A stretch of 35,672 nucleotides of DNA from Candidatus Berkelbacteria bacterium (GTDB lineage Bacteria > Patescibacteriota > UBA1384 > XYA2-FULL-43-10 > CAINNR01). Location of the stretch: positions 1 through 35,672 of the forward strand of contig JBAXWD010000001.1 in NCBI GenBank assembly GCA_037128645.1, written 5' to 3'. The translations under genes were made by a program, and so were the position numbers. This document shows positions 1 through 9,470 of this stretch, piece after piece. Under the pieces are notes generated by a model. The model saw only the letters and a list, made by a program, of their open reading frames with translations, searched no databases and was not told where the DNA came from. Numbering within the stretch: the stretch's first letter is position 1; every line of letters begins with the position of its first letter.

Positions 1-2070
1 CTCAACTGTCGGCACTAATTTCAAATCAAATAAAAACTTATGCCAAAAACGAGAGTAAAGCAAATGAAGTGTTGTATGTTCCATTCCACCGTTATACCAA
101 TCGACCGGTGTCCAATATTTTAAATTTTTCTTACTAGCAAATTCTTTTTTATTTTTTGGATCAGCATAACGCAAATAGTACCATGATGACCCTGCCCAGT
201 TTGGCATAGTATCTGTCTCTCTTTTTGCTTTCCCTCCACACTTTGGACATTTAGTATTTACCCATTTTGATATTGTAGCTAATGGACTCTCACCACTATC
301 TGTGGGTTTATAACTTTTCACTGGTGGCAATTTTATTGGCAAGTCTTTTTCTTTTACCGGAACAAGTCCACACTTTTCACAATTCACAACAGGAATAGGT
401 TCACCCCAATATCGCTGTCGAGAAAAAACCCAATCACGAAGTTTGTAATTAACGGTAAAATCACCGTGACCAGATTCTTTTAGTTTTTCAGTAATTTTCT
501 TTTTAGCATCGGCCGATGAAAGACCATTAAATTCCTCGGAATTTACCAAAAATCCATAATCCTCAATCGCTTTATCTTCACTATCAATTCCGCGCATCCA
601 GTATTCAAAACTAGCACAAACAATACGTTCGATCTTTAATTCTTCGCGCGAAAGCCAATTAACTTCATGGATGGCTTTTTCGTCACCCGACATCTCATTT
701 CGCTCATCATCAACTAGCTCGAAAAGAAAGCCTTCCATATTACCAACACGATTTTCATTTTTGTGTGCAGCGTGAAAAACCGCCCGAGTTCTGCCAAGAG
801 ACTTTATGAGTTTAATATTTTTATAACCAGTTTCTTCTAAAACTTCGCGCTTTGCAGCACTTAGATAATCCTCGCCGTCATCAACACCGCCAGTAATAAA
901 TGTTGTCCAGGGCTGGTTCTTCCACTCAAGACAAAGGTACTTATCAGTTTTTGGATCGCGGACTATAACCTCAATGCTGTTTCTCTCAACATAAGGTAAA
1001 CCATCTTTCGGTGGAGTTTTGTAATATGTAACTTGCGGCGCAATTGTTTGGATAATATCAATGTTATATTTTTTGGCAAATTCAAAGTCCCGTTCATCGT
1101 GAGCAGGTACTGCCATCACAGCACCGGTTCCGTAATGGCCCAAGACATAATCGGCAATCCAAACAGCAACTTCTTTGCCGTTAATAGGATTTATGGCCTT
1201 AATACCTTTTAATTCGACGCCAGTTTTCTCTTTTTGTAATTCCGTTCGTTCGAGATCTGATTTGTTTTTGGATTTTTTAATGTATTCATCAATTTCTGCT
1301 TGATTTTCACTTTCAACTTTTAACTTGTTAACTAGTATGTGTTCCGGAGCTAAAACCACCCAGGTACAACCATACAAAGTATCAGCCCTGGTGGTGTAAA
1401 CTTCTATTTCCGTATCTTTATTGTTTAATCTTGAATCTTTAATCTTATATCTTATATTCGATCCTTCTGATCGACCAATCCAGTTTTTCTGCATTTCTTT
1501 AATTGGTTCCGGCCAATCCAGACCATCGAGATCGGAAAGTAGGCGATCGGCATATTCGGTAATTTTTAAGATCCATTGGCGGATATTTTTTCTCTCAACC
1601 GCAGTTCCACAGCGTTCACACTTACCGCCAACAACTTCTTCATTCGCCAAACCGGTTTTGCAAGATGGGCAGTAGTTAATTGGCACTTCAGCTTCATAGG
1701 CCAAACCGCGTTCAAATAATTTCAGGAATATAAATTGCGTCCAACGATAATATTTGGGGTCAGTAGTATTTACTTCTTTTTCCCAGTCATATGAAAGATC
1801 AAACTTTTCTAGCTGAGACTTAAAGTGAGCAACATTTTCCTCAACGACTTTTGATGGATGAGTTTTGTTTTTGATAGCATAATTTTCAGCAGGGAGTCCA
1901 AAAGCGTCCCAACCCATTGGGTGGAGAACGTTAAAACCTTGGAGTTTTTTGAAACGAGAGTAAACATCGGTGGCAGTATAACCACGCGGATGGCCAACAT
2001 GCAAACCACTTCCCGATGGATACGGGAACATATCTAAGCAATAAAAGTTCTTTTTTTCTTTATCTGTCAT
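1..2070 (-). CDS. leuS: leucyl-tRNA synthetase, N-terminal ~690 codons (C-terminus lies beyond the window start); carries an internal Nudix-domain insertion
   Basis: Absent from the ORF track because it runs off the left edge. Reverse-strand translation from the ATG at 2068-2070 reads [67 protein letters not shown] (class-I HIGH-type motif). Further LeuS motifs follow: [90 protein letters not shown] and [19 protein letters not shown]. The frame is open to nt 1. Confidence 0.92.
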   Translation of the reverse strand, partial: MTDKEKKNFYCLDMFPYPSGSGLHVGHPRGYTATDVYSRFKKLQGFNVLHPMGWDAFGLPAENYAIKNKTHPSKVVEENVAHFKSQLEKFDLSYDWEKEVNTTDPKYYRWTQFIFLKLFERGLAYEAEVPINYCPSCKTGLANEEVVGGKCERCGTAVERKNIRQWILKITEYADRLLSDLDGLDWPEPIKEMQKNWIGRSEGSNIRYKIKDSRLNNKDTEIEVYTTRADTLYGCTWVVLAPEHILVNKLKVESENQAEIDEYIKKSKNKSDLERTELQKEKTGVELKGIKAINPINGKEVAVWIADYVLGHYGTGAVMAVPAHDERDFEFAKKYNIDIIQTIAPQVTYYKTPPKDGLPYVERNSIEVIVRDPKTDKYLCLEWKNQPWTTFITGGVDDGEDYLSAAKREVLEETGYKNIKLIKSLGRTRAVFHAAHKNENRVGNMEGFLFELVDDERNEMSGDEKAIHEVNWLSREELKIERIVCASFEYWMRGIDSEDKAIEDYGFLVNSEEFNGLSSADAKKKITEKLKESGHGDFTVNYKLRDWVFSRQRYWGEPIPVVNCEKCGLVPVKEKDLPIKLPPVKSYKPTDSGESPLATISKWVNTKCPKCGGKAKRETDTMPNWAGSSWYYLRYADPKNKKEFASKKNLKYWTPVDWYNGGMEHTTLHLLYSRFWHKFLFDLKLVPTVE

Positions 2071-2168
2071 GATATTTTTTGGTGGGCTTGAGCGACTTTC
2101 ATTTGAACACCTTTTGAGCTGGCTAAGCCAGTTAATGGTGTCTTTTGATGAAGACGGACAAGATGAAA

Positions 2169-2378
2169 CTAATTGAAATCAAGCGATTTGATCTTTAACA
2201 CTTTCCCGATCGCTTGAAGTTTTTCGTATGAGGGATTAACTTCGCCCCGTTCGATCTGAGCGTAGTAGGTAATATTAAGAGAAGCCGATTTAGCAACTTC
2301 TGTCTGCTTCAGCCCGGCCTTCTCTCTGGCATTCCTAATTTTATTACCTAGATCAATAAAGATCTTTTCGTCTCTCAT
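2169..2378 (-). CDS. XRE/Cro-C1-type helix-turn-helix transcriptional regulator (69 aa)
   Basis: ORF-track protein. [33 protein letters not shown] is a typical XRE HTH pattern. It is divergent from the PLD gene across a 67-bp gap. Confidence 0.8.
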   Translation of the reverse strand: MRDEKIFIDLGNKIRNAREKAGLKQTEVAKSASLNITYYAQIERGEVNPSYEKLQAIGKVLKIKSLDFN

Positions 2379-2445
2379 ATTATGCCCAATATATCAGATT
2401 TATCCCTAAAAATCCAATAAATTTAACAAAATAACAAGGAGGAAT

Positions 2446-3168
2446 ATGATTTCACACGCTAAATCATTCAAGCAATTATTAAAAAGGAGAGATGACGCAA
2501 TTAAAGCCGAGAAAATATCAGAGTCGTCATCAATAGATTTGTACAACGAGCATACTTTTTACAAAGCACTTACCGCTGATATGCTGACTGCAAAAAGTGA
2601 GGTTATAATTTATAGTCCGTTTGTTTCGAAATTTAGAACAGATTTTCTCAAACCAACAATTGAGAAGTTAATCGACCGAAATATCGACATCTTTATCTTT
2701 ACCAGACCGATTGAAGAGTATGAAAATATCATACAACCACAAATAGAGTGCGCGCTAAAACGCCTTGAAGAGCTGGGTGTCTGCATTTTCTATCCAGGAA
2801 GGTATATTCATCAAAAGGTAGCAATTGTAGACAGAGAAGTCCTATGGGAGGGCAGTTTGAATATCCTCTCCCATCGAGCCAGCAATGAAATGATGAGAAG
2901 AACGGCTGACGGGGAATCTGCAACGCAGGTTATGTCTTATATCGGATTAAACGATCAGATTGCAGGTGCTTATAAGCTAAAATACGAAAAACTATATAAG
3001 GGTTTGGTAAATACTTCTAGGCAAAACTTCAAATTGAAAATGAAGATATTTTTACTAGGAATGACAATTCCGATAATTGTTTGGTTGATTATCGGCTTGG
3101 TAAATTTAAGACCAGTGCAAATATATACTTCGCTAGTAAATTCGATCATCGTATCGTTGCAACACTAA
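2446..3168 (+). CDS. PLD-superfamily (single HKD motif) Nuc-like nuclease/phosphodiesterase with a C-terminal transmembrane helix
   Basis: HKD signature HQKVAIVDREVLWEGSLNILS. Hydrophobic C-terminal segment MKIFLLGMTIPIIVWLIIGLV. AGGAGG lies 4 nt upstream of the ATG. Confidence 0.7.
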   Translation: MISHAKSFKQLLKRRDDAIKAEKISESSSIDLYNEHTFYKALTADMLTAKSEVIIYSPFVSKFRTDFLKPTIEKLIDRNIDIFIFTRPIEEYENIIQPQIECALKRLEELGVCIFYPGRYIHQKVAIVDREVLWEGSLNILSHRASNEMMRRTADGESATQVMSYIGLNDQIAGAYKLKYEKLYKGLVNTSRQNFKLKMKIFLLGMTIPIIVWLIIGLVNLRPVQIYTSLVNSIIVSLQH

Positions 3169-3335
3169 AACTCTTCCTCTTTCAACTTTTCAAATCTCAT
3201 TTTAGAGAAATACTTTTGACAGGCTTTATTGTTGCATCTTGCAAAGCAACTTTTTTCATCAGAAATCCGCGAGGATGAAATGATTCCCGTTCGTGCAACT
3301 ACTTCGCCACATTTATCACAAACTTTATATTTCAT
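3165..3335 (-). CDS. possible small zinc-ribbon-like protein (56 aa), below the ORF-track size cutoff
   Basis: Hand translation gives MKYKVCDKCGEVVARTGIISSSRISDEKSCFARCNNKACQKYFSKMRFEKLKEEEF, with a CxxC pair plus further Cys residues. It overlaps the PLD gene stop convergently by 4 nt. No clear SD. Confidence 0.3.
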   Translation of the reverse strand: MKYKVCDKCGEVVARTGIISSSRISDEKSCFARCNNKACQKYFSKMRFEKLKEEEF

Positions 3336-3369
3336 GACTATCTATGATTTTTCTAAGTTAATTCTTTCG

Positions 3370-4131
3370 CTATTCCCTCGAACAATTTATTTTTATTCCT
3401 AAATCTTTGCCGTTTAATGAAAATTCCGGAACAACAAACTCTATGCGAATCTTTCCCTCGGGCTCCCCGAAAAACATAGGCAATACGATTCCATCGGTGT
3501 ATTGGACCATGTGTTTCTTGGGCCATTTATCCATGTATTTTGTCCGGTAAATGACCATGAAAATATCATGGTGGATTAGGGGAAAAGTTATTATACCTAA
3601 AATTCCAGGAATATCTTCTGCTTCTAAGTCGTCGATGCAAAATGATAACTGCAAGTTTATGTTAAGGCCAACCCTAGGCAAGGCATAAGCCAAAATTACA
3701 GAAGGACGTAATGACTTGGTCGTATTCACTATAACATCGCTTTTTCTTGTGCCGGCTTCGGATTTTGAAGCGTTCTCAGGTTTTCTGGGAAATATGGTAA
3801 ATAAATGTCGTAAGCTAATATCTTTTTCAATTTTCTTTAGTAAGTGGTGCCCATTAATAACAAGCTGTTCACTATGATCATCGGAAGTAACTCGAGTTTG
3901 TCCAGAGGCATGGATACTTAGGTGGCCATTAGAATTCTGAACAATCTTAAATGGTTTGAGTTCATTTTTTTCTTCTTTAAAAGTGAGCCATTCAAATGCA
4001 GTAAATTCCAGTGACCCGAGATAAATACTTCCATCATTTTTATTTTGAGACAGTGAAAACAATTGCCAGATGCTCTCGTCGATGTCTTTAATGAAAACTC
4101 TGCATTGTTTATTGCCTTCCATCTCATTCAT
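3370..4131 (-). CDS. hypothetical protein (253 aa), no motif recognised
   Basis: Long ORF on the same strand as the upstream array, with GAGGGA about 9 nt upstream of the ATG. No recognisable domain by eye. Confidence 0.6.
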   Translation of the reverse strand: MNEMEGNKQCRVFIKDIDESIWQLFSLSQNKNDGSIYLGSLEFTAFEWLTFKEEKNELKPFKIVQNSNGHLSIHASGQTRVTSDDHSEQLVINGHHLLKKIEKDISLRHLFTIFPRKPENASKSEAGTRKSDVIVNTTKSLRPSVILAYALPRVGLNINLQLSFCIDDLEAEDIPGILGIITFPLIHHDIFMVIYRTKYMDKWPKKHMVQYTDGIVLPMFFGEPEGKIRIEFVVPEFSLNGKDLGIKINCSRE

Positions 4132-4405
4132 TTCGCTGATCCCTCGTTGATTTTTATTCCGTAAACAAGTTTCTTATCGCCAATTCCACCTCACTTGGGA
4201 AGCGTCCCCGAAATTTACTTCCAGGTCAAATAACTATTCATTATTACGGATAGTGTTTTTAAATCGTCTTCTAAAATTAAAATACGGGCGGTATTCATAT
4301 TAGTTAATCCTCTATGATTTTTATTGAGTTATACCTTATTGTCTAACAGCTACGAATAGTGAAGTGTCCCCAAAAAGTTTAGAAATGGTTTTTGAGTTTA
4401 CTTTT

Positions 4406-5047
4406 TTATTTTAAAGAATCAATTTTACAACTGATAGTGTAATTATCTCCTGTTAATTCTTTGATTGCGACTTCCAATAATTCTGGCGCTTTACAAAATA
4501 ACAATCTATCATAATGAAATTTATACTTCATTTTCAATATAATTTCTTTGCCGATAATATCAGCTTTACAATTTTGCAGGAGTAAAGTTAGCCGCGGCTC
4601 CATTTCTCCAACCTTTTTTACAGCGTCTTGCCATGCCTCTTCAGACAAGCTACTGACGCATTTACCTTCTTTAGGTTGTGTCATGTTGAGTTGTATATCT
4701 TGGGTTTTAATCCAGTTTTTCTGACGATCTTTCCATGACGAGAGAAGAAATTCACATCGCTTTGGATCATTAAAATCCTTTGCAGCTCGTGATAATGCCT
4801 CGTCGTCATTAACATAAAACCCAGTTACAACCACAGATTGCTCTTGATAAATTCTGACCATTCGCTTGTCTCCCAGCTTTTGGTGATGCTCTATTGCTAT
4901 ATGAAAAGCTTCGTATAAGATATCTTTTGGAAAAGGCAAAAATGATTCGGGGATCTTAGTGCTAAAAATATACATTAATATTCCTTCTGCGTACTCAACA
5001 TATTTTCCGTAAATTGGCAAAATCTTATCTACTTCTTCTAGCGTCAT
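4406..5047 (-). CDS. hypothetical protein (213 aa)
   Basis: ORF-track protein, 45 bp downstream of the HNH gene on the same strand. The C-terminal ~80 aa (WQDAVKKVGEMEPRLTLLLQNCKADIIGKEIILKMKYKFHYDRL...) loosely recalls the C-terminal region of DnaX-type proteins. This is a weak impression only. Confidence 0.6.
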   Translation of the reverse strand: MTLEEVDKILPIYGKYVEYAEGILMYIFSTKIPESFLPFPKDILYEAFHIAIEHHQKLGDKRMVRIYQEQSVVVTGFYVNDDEALSRAAKDFNDPKRCEFLLSSWKDRQKNWIKTQDIQLNMTQPKEGKCVSSLSEEAWQDAVKKVGEMEPRLTLLLQNCKADIIGKEIILKMKYKFHYDRLLFCKAPELLEVAIKELTGDNYTISCKIDSLK

Positions 5048-5091
5048 AATGTTCCCTTTCAGGTTATAAATCTATGCTCTAAGTTTAAGAT

Positions 5092-5634
5092 CTAAGTAAC
5101 CGATACTCTCTTGTTTCGGTTACAAGCGCCACAAAGTATTTGAAGATTTTCTGGTGCACTTGATCCCCCAACAGAAAAAGGAATAATATGGTCAAATTGT
5201 AATTCGGATTGTGATCCGCATTTTACACAGCGACCTTTATCTCTTTGCCAAACAAGTTGCTTTATATCGTCAGGTATCGCACCACGTTGTAATTTAGCCT
5301 GAATTTTCGGAGCAGCGGTTATGGTTTTGGCTCGATTAATTCGATCTTGTTGCAAGCGCTTTCGCGATAATATCAGAGCCTTAACAGATTCATGATCAAG
5401 ATCATCTGTATCTTTATAAAACTTGTTTTCAAACAGCCAATAGTTTTTATTGCCTATACAAAACTGGAAAGGTGTTTCATGTCTTTCTGCCAAAAATGAT
5501 GAATATTCTTCACGGGTTAGCCGGAAACTTCTAAAATCATGAATGGATTTTCCAACCACAAGACCAATATGCCCCTTCCTTGATAGAAAGTGCGGTGAAA
5601 AATAAATTGAAATGTTCTCGATTTGCTTGAGCAT
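5092..5634 (-). CDS. HNH endonuclease-domain protein (180 aa) with an uncharacterised N-terminal domain
   Basis: C-terminal HNH motif CVKCGSQSELQFDHIIPFSVGGSSAPENLQILCGACNRNK. Confidence 0.75.
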   Translation of the reverse strand: MLKQIENISIYFSPHFLSRKGHIGLVVGKSIHDFRSFRLTREEYSSFLAERHETPFQFCIGNKNYWLFENKFYKDTDDLDHESVKALILSRKRLQQDRINRAKTITAAPKIQAKLQRGAIPDDIKQLVWQRDKGRCVKCGSQSELQFDHIIPFSVGGSSAPENLQILCGACNRNKRVSVT

Positions 5635-5648
5635 ATTTTTTGAACTAT

Positions 5649-8600
5649 TTAATCGGCCTTAACAACTTCCTCTAGCCCCCAGAAAATACTGCCACCTTCA
5701 CGGATCAAATCGTTAATAAGGTCATAAACCTCAGATTTTATTTTTTGGTCGTTGGTATTATAGATGATCTGAAATGCCTCCAGCCATTCCTTATCAATAT
5801 GAAAAAACATACTACCGCGATCCGTACTCATTAAGCCATCGTACAGGTATAGTCGGGCAATTTTCAAGGTTTCAAGAGGGTCCGTTTCCGCAAATTCAAC
5901 GATCGAATTTGCAAGACCGAGTTCCCAGTGTATGACACCCTTTGTTTTTTCAAGTGTTCTCCTGACTCGCTCGGCAAGCCAAATTGGTTCAAACAATTTC
6001 TTTTCTAAATTTACCCATGTTCCAAACTCATCAAATATTTCCCTTTCGTCTTTATTTTTAAGTGTCCAATCCCAAAACTCGAGCAATTTGTCTTTTGTTT
6101 GAGGATTTTTTGCGATAAACTCATTTGCTTCTTTATTGTCCCCACTAATAAGAGACCTGCCTATAAAGCTAACAAACTTTGAAAGTTGCTTGGTATTACT
6201 TTTCGTTAAAAAATACTGGAATAATGGATGCTTAAAATTAAAATCATTATAATAAATGAAGGCGAGAGCGAGGTGCGTTGCGAGGCCTTCGTCGAGACTG
6301 ACGAAAGAATCTTGTTTCGAAGGAATACCCACCTGTTGGTCGATGGCACGATAATACAATTTTTGAAAATCTGGATCGAAAAATATTTTCTCATATAGAT
6401 TATTGGAAAGATACCCTTCCCATGCTGCTGTATAAAATTTATTTTTATCTTTATCGGTTGGAAAGATAATCGGGAGCAAACTATTAATCCACAGCTCATC
6501 TCTATAATGAAAAGTTGGAACATGGCGCCCAAACATGAACATTATTGCACGAGTATTCTCTTTACGTAAGATTTCTTCATATAGTATTTTACAATCGGGA
6601 GAAATCTTAATTTTGTCATTTTTATCAAACTTCTTCCCGTCCTGATAAACAAATAGTACAAAAACCTCGTAAGCTCTGCCCCTAACCGAGTTAATTGCAA
6701 TTTGAAAAGGATCGCTTATTCTAGCTTCAGAGGCCCCTGGCGATTGTATCGTCATTTTTGCCGTTTTGGGTTCCTCGTCTTCTGGAATTGGATCGGGGTA
6801 TTCTAAAAGGTACCTTAGAATTAGCAGAATAGAATCGCGATATTTTGATAAGTCGAGAGTAGGATCGCCGCCTGTGTTGTCAAGTAACAATTCCTTAACA
6901 ACATCGGACATGGCGGAATTGACAGCATTCCAGCTCGCAAGCCAAGTGTTATGAGGATCAAATTTACCTTTATTGCGACTGGCTTCTTCGGTCTGATGCA
7001 ATTCAATGATATTATCGAAAAGCTTAATCAACCCGTCCCATTTAACCTTGGGATCAGTCGAGCGGTTATTTTTTATAGCCTCTTGAATACCCTGTAAAAA
7101 CGAGTAGGTATAATGTGAATTTAATTTAGCCTGGTCAAAAAATAGATTGGCATGATCTACATAATCCTGCAAACGATTAGCTATATCCATTTTTATTTGA
7201 TTGCCAAGACCCTCAGCATTTCGCCTACTTAAGAAATCGTCATTTTTGTATTTTTCACTCAGAGATTCTGGAGACCATTCATTTTGTAATTTTCCAGCGA
7301 TCTCTTCAATTGGTAGAGTATTTAATTCTTTTTGGTCAACTGGGGATTGGTCTTTAACAAATCCGCCCACAATCGAGCTTATCCTCGGTCTGGGGTCAAA
7401 TTTTACGTCTAACTTAAAACCAGCGTCTAACACAGACTTTTTAGTGTCTTCGCCTAAATGGCTTACGATAATCGACATAATTTCCGAGCCACGTACTCGC
7501 CACCACTTATTATTTTTATCGTCTTTTTCAACTGGATGGTTAAAGTACTCTATAGCTTTTTCTGCATAATCCCTTCTATCTGCTTCAGAGAGTGATCCAA
7601 AGCACTTATCCAATAGTTTTTCATATTCAGTCCCAGCAATAATATCGCTATAGTGTTCTGCATCGAACAGTCGAAACAGCGCGTCTTTTATAATCTCCTT
7701 ATAAACGTTAGAAGCTAAGCTCAGGATAAATAAACGCATTCGCCATATTAGCTGACTATCAGGTAGAGGATGAATATAGTTTTCGTAAATCTTCAATATT
7801 TTTTTAGGATTGTTTTTGTTGTTCACAATAAGCCTACTAGCTAAAGCTTTTATTACAGCGGCTAGTTCGTACACACTTTCGCGAGAAGATGAGTGTTTCC
7901 TGCCCGGTGTGGCTGCGAAAAAATCTAAGTCAAATAAGTAGAAAGAATCTTCTCTTTTGAATGTTGAGTCTTTGGGTGCTTCACTTCCCAAATAAACAAT
8001 TTGTTCCAAGGTTTTGATTGTCAGTATAAACGCTTTCTCTACCATCTCATTACTAATAGATAATAGAGATTCGAATATATCTGTGTAAGCCAGGTCATTA
8101 AAATAGAAGGGACTTTCAAAGCCAGCTTGCTTTCCGAGTTGCTGGATTTCTTCTTTTGTTTTCACTGACAGTATTGTTTCAGCAAGAGTTAAAATACTTT
8201 TTTCGTTTTTTGCTTCAGCAAGTATTCTTAATATTTTTTGGTATTCAAATTCTTGGTTATTAAATAATTTCATAAGTAAGACCCAGTTTTCTCTTCGGAT
8301 TTTTTGAACTACTTTGCCTAACTCACTTGCCGGCAAAGAACCACAAATATGTAAAAATTGGTCTATTACTTCAGGATTAAAGGTCCCCATAGAAATCGGA
8401 ACAGCTAGGATTATCACAGCAACCTTTTCTGGGACTTTTATAACCATCCTAACCAGATAATTTAATTCTGGCATCCGATAGTTATATTGTGTAGGATCTC
8501 CAGCTTTCTTTTTAATATCATCCAGAAAATCGTTTTTCCAGAGCCAATCTAGCCAGAGTTCATTTGCATTGGAAAAGAAGTAATTCTTCGCATCAGCATT

Positions 8601-8696
8601 TGACTTAAGGAGAAATTTTAATTCAGCCAGCTTCCCATCCGAGGGCCTGCTGGCTAACAATAAGTCGATAGAATTGTGTAGTTTGATTTGGTTCAT
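5649..8696 (-). CDS. large hypothetical protein (1015 aa); no P-loop or nuclease motif recognised
   Basis: Uninterrupted 3 kb ORF, 14 bp upstream of the HNH gene and 6 bp downstream of the TM-protein gene. Rich in W/F/Y/L. I found no GxxxxGK[ST], HKD, HNH or PD-ExK pattern. Confidence 0.75.
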   Translation of the reverse strand: MNQIKLHNSIDLLLASRPSDGKLAELKFLLKSNADAKNYFFSNANELWLDWLWKNDFLDDIKKKAGDPTQYNYRMPELNYLVRMVIKVPEKVAVIILAVPISMGTFNPEVIDQFLHICGSLPASELGKVVQKIRRENWVLLMKLFNNQEFEYQKILRILAEAKNEKSILTLAETILSVKTKEEIQQLGKQAGFESPFYFNDLAYTDIFESLLSISNEMVEKAFILTIKTLEQIVYLGSEAPKDSTFKREDSFYLFDLDFFAATPGRKHSSSRESVYELAAVIKALASRLIVNNKNNPKKILKIYENYIHPLPDSQLIWRMRLFILSLASNVYKEIIKDALFRLFDAEHYSDIIAGTEYEKLLDKCFGSLSEADRRDYAEKAIEYFNHPVEKDDKNNKWWRVRGSEIMSIIVSHLGEDTKKSVLDAGFKLDVKFDPRPRISSIVGGFVKDQSPVDQKELNTLPIEEIAGKLQNEWSPESLSEKYKNDDFLSRRNAEGLGNQIKMDIANRLQDYVDHANLFFDQAKLNSHYTYSFLQGIQEAIKNNRSTDPKVKWDGLIKLFDNIIELHQTEEASRNKGKFDPHNTWLASWNAVNSAMSDVVKELLLDNTGGDPTLDLSKYRDSILLILRYLLEYPDPIPEDEEPKTAKMTIQSPGASEARISDPFQIAINSVRGRAYEVFVLFVYQDGKKFDKNDKIKISPDCKILYEEILRKENTRAIMFMFGRHVPTFHYRDELWINSLLPIIFPTDKDKNKFYTAAWEGYLSNNLYEKIFFDPDFQKLYYRAIDQQVGIPSKQDSFVSLDEGLATHLALAFIYYNDFNFKHPLFQYFLTKSNTKQLSKFVSFIGRSLISGDNKEANEFIAKNPQTKDKLLEFWDWTLKNKDEREIFDEFGTWVNLEKKLFEPIWLAERVRRTLEKTKGVIHWELGLANSIVEFAETDPLETLKIARLYLYDGLMSTDRGSMFFHIDKEWLEAFQIIYNTNDQKIKSEVYDLINDLIREGGSIFWGLEEVVKAD

Positions 8697-8702
8697 TATT
8701 CC

Positions 8703-9374
8703 CTATTTTGCATAAAAACTATACATCTGCCTCTGAATTTTTTTGATTGACTCGTCAAAATCATCAGATCCATATGCGTCTAGATTCCATGATGTTAATT
8801 TGGTAATCTCTTGCTTTATCCCGTCAGCTGTTTCATCCTCACTAATTTCGGACATCAGGTCAGCTATTTGGCTGTAGATTCTTATATATAGTGTCGCTGA
8901 ATTCTGATGTTGACCCTTGACTCTATAGTCTTCCGCTCTAGCATAATCATCAATATAGTTAAATGATCTACCATTTTTTTCAAAAAGTTTTTTGGTCTCT
9001 GCACAGATGAATTCTACATCTTGAGAAATTGTAAATGCGTCTGGATTGCTCCCGGTTTGGGTTAGAGCATCTTTTTCATCTGCAGTCCGGGGTGATATAT
9101 TGAATGTTGTGTTTTGACTATCAGTTATCACTGCCTGGATTCCGGCACCTTGCTGAGTGTTTTCGCCAGTATTAACAGCATGAACAGCTGAGCCACCATT
9201 TGCTGAGTTAGCTTGGTTGGCAGAGCCCTTTTGGCTGACCCTCTGTTTGAACTTCTTGACAACGCTCAGTTTATTTTCAATAAAAATACCAGCTCCACCT
9301 CCAATCAATAGGCCCAGCAAACCTATTGCAGCATCTAGTATTAATTTGTTGAGATTGTAATCTTCGGTTGTCAT
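8703..9374 (-). CDS. hypothetical membrane-anchored protein (223 aa): N-terminal TM helix, low-complexity linker, C-terminal domain of unknown function
   Basis: TM segment LILDAAIGLLGLLIGGGAGIFI, Q/N/S/G-rich linker, GGAG about 12 nt upstream of the ATG. Confidence 0.65.
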   Translation of the reverse strand: MTTEDYNLNKLILDAAIGLLGLLIGGGAGIFIENKLSVVKKFKQRVSQKGSANQANSANGGSAVHAVNTGENTQQGAGIQAVITDSQNTTFNISPRTADEKDALTQTGSNPDAFTISQDVEFICAETKKLFEKNGRSFNYIDDYARAEDYRVKGQHQNSATLYIRIYSQIADLMSEISEDETADGIKQEITKLTSWNLDAYGSDDFDESIKKIQRQMYSFYAK

Positions 9375-9470
9375 TTTATGTTTTTTCTCCAGACAAGAAT
9401 ACTATATACAGTTTAAAACCTAGAGGGCACTGATCATTTTCCTGGATTGTTTTCTCTATTTAATATTGTT

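Noticed and set aside
1421-2009. ORF-track entries 1421-1675(+) and 1809-2009(-) inside the leuS region
   Set aside because: They lie antisense to, or out of frame with, the clearly recognisable LeuS reading frame. They are low-complexity and have no SD.
2100-2110. The 11-mer atttgaacacc also occurs at 26829-26839 near the recombinase operon; considered as possible att half-sites marking both island ends
   Set aside because: Exact 11-mer repeats are expected many times by chance in a 35.7 kb AT-rich window (on the order of 100 or more pairs). There is no extended similarity around them.
2079-2112. tggtgggcttgagcg... resembles the 3' end of the tRNA-Ala gene (tggtggacccaagcgg...); considered as a tRNA remnant or direct repeat marking the left island end
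   Set aside because: Only about 8 contiguous matching bases. The reverse complement cannot form a T-arm or acceptor stem. Serine integrases also do not create long direct repeats.
5092-9374. Possible type II Zorya-like module (membrane protein with Asp in the TM helix, plus a large protein and an HNH effector)
   Set aside because: The 1015-aa protein shows no MotA/ZorA-like multi-pass membrane region. The 223-aa protein has no OmpA/peptidoglycan-binding-like C-terminus that I can see.
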